From an uncultured virus (IMG/VR IMGVR_UViG_3300020183_000058) (taxonomy: Duplodnaviria; Heunggongvirae; Uroviricota; Caudoviricetes; Kyanoviridae), in the IMG/VR virus record IMGVR_UViG_3300020183_000058: a DNA stretch of 64,000 nt, one strand, 5' to 3'. The notes beneath the pieces were generated by a model. It ran no database searches. It was not told the DNA's origin and was given only the letters and a program-made list of their open reading frames with translations. This document shows positions 18,881-26,100 of this stretch, piece after piece. The stretch's first letter is position 1; every line of letters begins with the position of its first letter. The position numbers were made by a program, and so were the translations under genes.

Positions 18881-19093
18881 TTAAATCAATTGTTGTTTAT
18901 GGTGTGGCAAACTTCTATCTTGTGGTCTACCATTCTTAGGAAATTGATAAACCCCATTGATACAAAGAATCCAATTAGTTCCTGTCTTAGGATCATGAAT
19001 ACGAATTCTATCACAGGTTCTCATAAAGTGTGGCACCTGACCTGGACCCATTGGAGTAGCTGTAAAAAGTGATGCTAAAATTAGAGGGATCAC
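18881..19093 (-). CDS. hypothetical protein with signal-peptide-like N-terminus
   Basis: GTG start overlapping the upstream stop; MIPLILASLFTA; two Cys. Confidence 0.6.
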   Translation of the reverse strand: MIPLILASLFTATPMGPGQVPHFMRTCDRIRIHDPKTGTNWILCINGVYQFPKNGRPQDRSLPHHKQQLI

Positions 19094-19206
19094 TTTTTCT
19101 TACCACCATTTTTTGCTTTCTTAGCAGTAGCATTACCCTGATTCTGTTTGGAGTTCTTTTGACCTCCAGGAGAACCTTTCTTCCCCTTGTTTGGTGACTT
19201 AGACAT
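19090..19206 (-). CDS. very basic 38-aa peptide
   Basis: MSKSPNKGKKGSPGGQKNSKQNQGNATAKKAKNGGKKK; TGATG coupling upstream and GTGA coupling downstream. Confidence 0.7.
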   Translation of the reverse strand: MSKSPNKGKKGSPGGQKNSKQNQGNATAKKAKNGGKKK

Positions 19207-19757
19207 CAGCAGTTCCACGCACGTAACGACATATTTATGCGAGAATCTGGATCTCTTGCAGTTTTCTCGGAGGTTAGCTTTTCTTTCATGCCTTTCATTC
19301 TGGCACAAAATGACGCCCTGCGGGGATTTCCAACCTCTTTTGAAGGTGCCTTGAGATTAGATCCAGGATTTGCTCTTTCGTAAGATTTACGTCCCTTCTC
19401 ATTCAGACCTCCCTTTTTGTTCTTACCTTCTTTACGTTGCCATGCAGCAACTTCTTTGATATACTCACCGAAAGGTTTTAGATCTGTGTGATTTTTTATT
19501 AGTTTGGATGCTTTTCTTTCTGCTGCTTTTCTACGAGTCTCTGCTTCTGCAGGACTCATACCTTTTGATGTTGCCGTCTTGTGTGCTTCATCTCCAGCTG
19601 CTTTTACTCCTGCTGCAAATTTTTCTTTTGCATCTGAATGAGATTTTGCAACTTCAGTATTACTAATAGGTCCAACTGGTCTTGATTGAATACCACCCAT
19701 TCGTGCTCTTCTTGCATTACCAGATGATACATTTTCGTTTAGCATATCAACCACCAA
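19206..19757 (-). CDS. basic hypothetical protein with a widespread phage C-terminal domain (AWQRKEGK...SFCARM...WNC)
   Basis: Recognisable recurrent phage motif; start may be 19745 (MLNE). Confidence 0.75.
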   Translation of the reverse strand: MVVDMLNENVSSGNARRARMGGIQSRPVGPISNTEVAKSHSDAKEKFAAGVKAAGDEAHKTATSKGMSPAEAETRRKAAERKASKLIKNHTDLKPFGEYIKEVAAWQRKEGKNKKGGLNEKGRKSYERANPGSNLKAPSKEVGNPRRASFCARMKGMKEKLTSEKTARDPDSRINMSLRAWNC

Positions 19758-20271
19758 CGATTTGGACTTCTTCTACCGTAATTGCATTACTGCCTGCAGT
19801 GATCTTTACACATCTATGTACATATGCTTTGCTACCACTGGTATATGCATAGTCAGCAGATGCAGCAGATGAGTCAATATCTGTAGTAATGGTATTATCA
19901 GTTGCTGCAGTAATCGTTTTACCCACAGTATCTGCAGATTCAAATGCAGATGCGATTACTGAAGATGGATCTAGGACTGCAATAAAGTCTCCTACTGCAA
20001 ATGGATGAGTACCAGTTGTTGCCCCTGCAAGATCTCCTAGTGTATATACTGCAGTAGCAGAATCTGTTGCAGCCGTGATTGCTGCTCTTCCTGGATTAGC
20101 ACCCTTTAGGAGAACTGCTTGACCAGCAAAAAGTTGGATAGCAGGACCACTACCAAAAGTAACAGTAGATGCAGATGCAGCACTAACTCTGTAAACACCA
20201 GTTTTTACAAGTTGGTATTCTGTTCCAGCCGCAGCAATACTATTTGTACTTATAACATTGAGAACGGACAT
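19747..20271 (-). CDS. putative virion structural protein (Ala/Thr-rich)
   Basis: GGAG SD and late promoter upstream; beta-rich composition. Confidence 0.75.
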   Translation of the reverse strand: MSVLNVISTNSIAAAGTEYQLVKTGVYRVSAASASTVTFGSGPAIQLFAGQAVLLKGANPGRAAITAATDSATAVYTLGDLAGATTGTHPFAVGDFIAVLDPSSVIASAFESADTVGKTITAATDNTITTDIDSSAASADYAYTSGSKAYVHRCVKITAGSNAITVEEVQIVGG

Positions 20272-20302
20272 ATTAAACTCCGATAGTAATTCTTTCTATA
20301 TC

Positions 20303-20752
20303 TTATTTATCTAAAGACTGCTTTTGTTGTTTCAGAAGCTTTGACAACTCTGATGTTGATCCAATGAATAATGCATTTGTCACGTTCTGTGGTTGATTAT
20401 TTTTCTTAGGGTTTTCAATTTCACTAAGTTTCTTTTGCAGATCAATTAATTTATCAGTCACATCCCCAACATTTTTTATGAGTTGCCCAGCAACTTCATA
20501 TGCACGAGGGTGGTCTGATTGCTGTGCAAGTTCCAATGCACCCTGAACTGCTTCCTGTCCTTTAGATATCAAAGTATAAAGTTGAGCACGACTATAATCA
20601 TAATCATTTTTTATATCAGTTCCTGCTTGTGGCGGCTCAACAATATCGGCAGGTGGAGCATCCTTTATAATTTCACTGGACACTTCAAATACTGCATCTA
20701 AACCATCAAACTGGTTCGTCTTGTCCTGTGACTGGGTTCCATTGTTTTCCAT
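20303..20752 (-). CDS. gp16: terminase small subunit (gp16)
   Basis: DYDYSRAQLY, HPRAYEVAGQLIK, NALFIGSTSELSKLLK; start at 20752 has GGAG 7 nt upstream. Confidence 0.92.
   Translation of the reverse strand: MENNGTQSQDKTNQFDGLDAVFEVSSEIIKDAPPADIVEPPQAGTDIKNDYDYSRAQLYTLISKGQEAVQGALELAQQSDHPRAYEVAGQLIKNVGDVTDKLIDLQKKLSEIENPKKNNQPQNVTNALFIGSTSELSKLLKQQKQSLDK
20304..20311 (-). promoter_or_regulatory. late promoter GATAAATA overlapping the g16 stop
   Basis: NATAAATA 32 nt before the next ATG. Confidence 0.65.
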
Positions 20753-21503
20753 CGGTGTACTCCGTAAATGAATCATCAAAACCAAAATCATCTGTCCACT
20801 TTGCAGTGATTGGATCTGGTTCAACTGTATATCTCAACTCACGAGCTGCGGTTGTGTCAACTGTAGTATATGTATCGACAATTGCCTTCTTAATTTCCTT
20901 GCCACTGAGATCAACGACAGGACCGTATACATAAGTTTTTACTGTAAAAGACAACGTATAAATCAAAGTTCTCCTTTCCTCAAAGTCACCTTCATATTCA
21001 TCTTTGTAATCAAGATCATTTAGTACAACTGGAAAGTCCTTTTTCTCTCCAATTTCAGGCAAAACATTTACAGTGATTGAAAAGAATGGTTGAAAATATG
21101 GCAAAATTTGCTCTACAATCTGTAAAGCATCATCTTGGTTTTTTGATAGGATTGCCAGTGAAAATCCAATATTATATGGAACTGGCATGTATGTATTTTT
21201 CCCATCCTGCGATCTAATTTGTTGAGTTGGGGAAACTTTCCTAGATGCATCGTAACTAATACTTGTCATCTCAAATGCCATTCTTGGCAAGGTGATAGCA
21301 GTACTCTTTCGGGTAGGATCCTGTGAAGTACCAATTTGCCTGATACGTGCTAACCATTTTTGCTGACTGCCATATGACAGGGGGATTTTCATGGCTTCAA
21401 CAACTGAACCATTCTTTCTTCTTATTTCAATATTATTGAAAAGAGTTCCAAATGCGATTACAGTTTTTCTAAAAACTTCGTTGTAAAAATAATTTCCTAA
21501 CAT
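20706..21503 (-). CDS. gp15: tail sheath stabiliser/completion protein (gp15)
   Basis: FYNEVFRKTVIAFGTLFNNI, LPRMAFE, QIVEQILPYFQP. Confidence 0.96.
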   Translation of the reverse strand: MLGNYFYNEVFRKTVIAFGTLFNNIEIRRKNGSVVEAMKIPLSYGSQQKWLARIRQIGTSQDPTRKSTAITLPRMAFEMTSISYDASRKVSPTQQIRSQDGKNTYMPVPYNIGFSLAILSKNQDDALQIVEQILPYFQPFFSITVNVLPEIGEKKDFPVVLNDLDYKDEYEGDFEERRTLIYTLSFTVKTYVYGPVVDLSGKEIKKAIVDTYTTVDTTAARELRYTVEPDPITAKWTDDFGFDDSFTEYTDGKQWNPVTGQDEPV

Positions 21504-22378
21504 TACACATTACTCCCCATGTTTCCATATTCTCCAAATGGATTTCTTTCAGTAAAATCTAAAAGGGTATTTCCTGAATCCTCATAATATTTATTATCAT
21601 CATATTCACTGTTGGTATTATCTAATGTATTTGTGTATGCAGCTACCCAAGATGCAAGAGAAGTTTGACCAGTGACTGTTTCCCCTGGTGTAAATTTACC
21701 TGATCTATCGTAGATAATAAGTTTTCTATTAGTTGGATCCCAAGATCTAACCATTGCAGTTACACCTGAAGTTCCACCCGCAACAGATTCACCTTCTACA
21801 AATGTTCCTGTTCCTCCAGCAGCCAGTGTAACAGTAACTGTAGTTGAAAGTAACTTACTAACTTCATCAATATCTGCAACACCAGTTGAAATTTTCTCAT
21901 CACTAAACTCGAAGACTTCAGTTTTTAAATTCCAAACATAATTTTTACCAAATTGATAAAATGGTGTTTCATATTCTACGTAATTAATTTGGAATAATTT
22001 TTTACCCATTGGGAACCAAATTAGATCTCCTTCGTTTGGTTTTCCCTCTCTAATTAAAACCGTATTATCATCTACTGCTTCTTTAAATCTTTTTCTAGAA
22101 ATAACAAATTCCATTTGGTCTTGAATCCTTAGACCAAATTTACTGTACAAATCTCCATCACCACCATAACCAGTTGTGTCTGCAATGTATGCTTCAATGA
22201 GAAATGCACCATTGAATTGCGACATAGTATCTTCACCAAAAACTGTATCTTCTCTGACCAAAGTTCTTGGAACATAATAAACATCTTTCCCAAACATTTT
22301 GATTTGTTCGATAACAAGACTTTCGTGAAGATCTTGCTCACCTTGAATTGAGTGTGTAAAAAAGGGATTAGTTGCCAT
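21503..22378 (-). CDS. gp14: neck protein (gp14)
   Basis: EQDLHESLVIEQIKMFG, PNEGDLIWFP, DFTERNPFG. Confidence 0.96.
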   Translation of the reverse strand: MATNPFFTHSIQGEQDLHESLVIEQIKMFGKDVYYVPRTLVREDTVFGEDTMSQFNGAFLIEAYIADTTGYGGDGDLYSKFGLRIQDQMEFVISRKRFKEAVDDNTVLIREGKPNEGDLIWFPMGKKLFQINYVEYETPFYQFGKNYVWNLKTEVFEFSDEKISTGVADIDEVSKLLSTTVTVTLAAGGTGTFVEGESVAGGTSGVTAMVRSWDPTNRKLIIYDRSGKFTPGETVTGQTSLASWVAAYTNTLDNTNSEYDDNKYYEDSGNTLLDFTERNPFGEYGNMGSNV

Positions 22379-22379
22379 T

Positions 22380-23174
22380 TTATCCTATCATGTCCAATGG
22401 TGGAAGTTCGTATGTAGTTCTTAATTCCTCATCATACTTTTTAAGTTCATCAATAGCATTGTTATAAATCATCTCACCATTCATAGTGATACCACCAGGA
22501 AGTTGAACATTTTGATACTTAGTTAGATTAGTACCCCAATATTTCTTGATCATTGAAGTTGCATAATCTTTTACCCAAAGTTCATTAAAAATTTTTGTAT
22601 ATGATGAAGGATCAGTAGCACGTTGACATTCAAAAATCATGAATTCCCCAGCATGAATGTCTGTTCTCCAATCCATATCAATATACAATCTATTTCCTGC
22701 TCTATTATAACGAATCGGTTTAAAGTGCTCCAACATAAAATCAATCATACTCAAGTGTTGTTGAATCATATAGTAGTGATAAAATTGTGTTGATGTAAAA
22801 TCATATAGGTCATTTAAACGAATTTGATATCTAATATCAAACATGTTTGCAGTTCCTTTATCTGTGAAACTAAAAATGTTGTCTACAGAAATAACCCACT
22901 CAGGAACCACAAGAAAATTCTGCATCTCCTTAAACTCTGGAGGTCCAGCAGAAACAACACTATCTGCTCTTGCAGCATCAATTTCTGCCTGTGTAAACTG
23001 ATGCTTTAAATAAACTCTTTCAATTCCATCGTAATGGAATTCATTAAATTTCTGAAGAGTGTAATCGATAGCATCATCAATTTGATCATCAGAAACATTT
23101 ACTTCCAAGACAGGTTTACCCAACTTGCGAAGGCAATATTCTTTGAGTGTAGCTTTTGAATTTGGTTTTCCCAT
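22380..23174 (-). CDS. gp13: neck protein (gp13)
   Basis: LKEYCLRKLGKPV, WGTNLTKY, LPGGITMNG. Confidence 0.96.
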   Translation of the reverse strand: MGKPNSKATLKEYCLRKLGKPVLEVNVSDDQIDDAIDYTLQKFNEFHYDGIERVYLKHQFTQAEIDAARADSVVSAGPPEFKEMQNFLVVPEWVISVDNIFSFTDKGTANMFDIRYQIRLNDLYDFTSTQFYHYYMIQQHLSMIDFMLEHFKPIRYNRAGNRLYIDMDWRTDIHAGEFMIFECQRATDPSSYTKIFNELWVKDYATSMIKKYWGTNLTKYQNVQLPGGITMNGEMIYNNAIDELKKYDEELRTTYELPPLDMIG

Positions 23175-23178
23175 AGCC

Positions 23179-26100
23179 TTAGAGTGGTAAGTAACGGATT
23201 GAAACGTTTACACCTGCTGTTGGTGCAGCAGTTAATTTTACAACGGACGAGAATGTTGCCGTAGTTGTAGTGGTGTTTATTGCACTTACAGTAAACTGGA
23301 TATTCTCTGCTGAAGAACTACCACCAACTAACAATCCACTAATAGTAATCGTAGAACCTGCAGTATAATTTGTACCACCATTATTAACAGTTACACCAAC
23401 AATTTCACCCAGGGCTCCCCTAGAAACGTTAAATGTTGCTCCAGTTCCTGTTCCTGATGATGTCGATGCAACTGCAGTGTATGATGTATTTGCTTGAGAT
23501 TCAACTGCAGCTCCTGATGGGGTTCCAATTGTTGAAATCTCTGCTCTTCTTAGTGCAGTTAAATTATTTGCAGATAGAGTAATTGTTGTTCCTGAAATAT
23601 TTGTGATAGTTGCATTTGCAGCAATTCCTGTACCTGAAACTGGTTGCCCAACAACTAGTCCAGTCGCAGAGGAAACAACAACTGTATTTTCTCCTCTATG
23701 TCCAACAACATTATTAAGAATAGTTTGATTAGAATAAGTATATTCAGTTGATGGAGTTTGAATTAAACCACCAACAATAACTAGTATATCAGCACCATCA
23801 CTTGCTCTTCCTGTTGTTGAAACAAATGCCGTTTGTGTCCCATCAGCAGTGTAAGAAACATTAGAGTATGTTAAAGCATTTCTATTGATATTGATTGCAT
23901 TTCCAGCATCATCGTATGTCACAGTGACACCAGAATGAGCTCCGTTTGTAACTAAAGCAGTTGCAGTTGCATCCTGTGCTCTTTCATTTGTGAAGTATAA
24001 ATTAGTTCCTTCCGTTAAATTAGTTGTTGATTTAGCAGTAAACGCAGTATCAAATCTTGTTTGTGTATAGTAAAGATTAGTGCCTTCTGCAAGATTAGTT
24101 GTTGTCTTTGCACCAAATGCAGTATCAAATCTACCTTGGGTGTAATACTGGTTAGTTCCTTCAGCAATATCTGAAGTAGTTGCATTTGTTCCTGTTGTTA
24201 CTCGACCCTTAGCATCAACAATAACCTTAGTATATGTACCTGCAGTTACACCAGAGTTTGCTAGTGTAAATGGAATTGTGATATTAGCAGATCCATTAAA
24301 TGATGTAGCAGTTCCAGTACCATCACCAGAAATACCAATTGTTCTTGCTGTTTGTAACGTAGTTGCTGTGGAAGCATTACCAGTTAGTGCTCCAGAAATT
24401 CCTCCATTTGCTGTAAGCAAACCAGTAAATGTGGATACTCCAGTAACACCTAATGTTCCAGTAATTGAAGTATTACCAGTGACTCCTAATGTAGAGGAAA
24501 GTGTGGTTCCTCCAGTGACTGCTAATGTGCCTGCAATTGTAGTATTACCAGAGGAAGAATCTACAGTAAATTTGTCTACAGCAGATGCATTTTGAATCTT
24601 GAATAGTTCTGTCGCAGCAGTGTTAGAACCAACGATTGTTACGTTTCTGTTTAGAGTTACATTATCAGTAACAGATAGAGTGCTTGAAAGTGTTGTTGCA
24701 CCAGTAACTCCCAAAGATGAACTTAGGGTAGTTGGTCCAGATACACCAAGAGACGAACTTAAAGTGGTTGTAGATGAAACTGCTAAGGTTCCAGTAATTG
24801 AAGCACTTGATGTTGAAGGGTTAAATACAAATCTGTCAACTCCAGAAGAATTTCTAATAGATAAAATACCACCAGTTATAGTTACATTGGATGTTGTTGT
24901 TAGTGAATTGCTTAAGGTTAGAGATCCAGTAAAAAGACTATTTGCATTTACAGTGAATTGGTCTGATGCAGCATCACCAATAGTTACATTACTATTAGCA
25001 ATTAGTGCTCCAGTTAAGGTAGTTGTACCAGTTACACCAAGAGTTGAACTTAAAGTAGTTGCACCAGTTACTCCGAGAGATGAATTTAAAGAAGTTGTAC
25101 CAATTACACCAAGTGCACCAGAAATAGTTGTATTACCAGATGCAGAGTCAACCAGGAATTTAGTTACGGGAGTTCCAGCTCCATCGGTAATTCTGAAGAA
25201 TTCGGTTGCTGGTGTAGTACTACCAGCAATTGTTAAACCACCATTAAATGTTGCAAGACTAGTGGCTGTTAAAGTGCCAGTAAGAGTTGTATTACCAGTG
25301 ACTCCTAGAGTCGAACTGAGTGTTGTTGCACCAGTAACTCCTAAGGTTGAACTAAGTGTTGTAGCACCAGTAACTCCAAGAGATGAATTTAGTGTAGTTG
25401 CACCAGTTACACCAAGTGTACCAGCAATAGTTGTATTACCAGATGCTGCAGTAATATTAAACTTATTAGTATTGATGGCAACATCACCAGTAATTGCAAG
25501 AGTATTACTTAGTGTAGTTGCTCCAGTTACATTTAATGATGATGAAAGAGTTGTGACGGCAGCAACTGCTAATGTGCCAGCAATCACAGTATTTCCAGAT
25601 GCAGAAGAAACTGTAAATTTGTTTGTATTGATCGTTAAGTTGCCACTTTGAACTACATTAGCAATATTTACTAAGTTTCTAGATGAATCAACAACTGCTA
25701 TGCCGTTAATTCTGTATTCTTTGCCAGCAGCAAGATTTAAATGTTCAGATAATGTCCATGCTCCTGTTGAGTTAATCCAACTGATTGTTTTATCAGTTGT
25801 TCCCTTGAGTGTAATTCCACCCCCATCTGCTGTAGTGTTGGTTGGAGATGCAATGGAACCAAGTTCAATATTTTTATCATCAACTGTCATTGTGACAGAA
25901 TTCACTGTTGTTGTCGTTCCCTCGACAATTAGGTTGCCATAAATTGTTGTGTTGCCACCAACTACTAATGGTTGTGCCCCAGAAATGGTAACAGGAGCAG
26001 TGAAAGTTGTAGTTGCATTAACAGTTAATGCATCGGAAGCAGCATCCCCCAATATATTGTTGCTACCAAATGCATTAAAATTATTTGAAAGTGTAGTTAT

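Noticed and set aside
20706..20752. Possible non-canonical ACG start for g16 near the g15 end
   Set aside because: The ATG at 20752 has a well-spaced GGAG, so no unusual start is needed.
25280..25425. 36-bp periodic repeats resembling a CRISPR array or DGR repeat pair
   Set aside because: In-frame coding repeats varying at synonymous positions, without unique spacers; no cas or reverse transcriptase gene in the window and no adenine-specific variation apparent.
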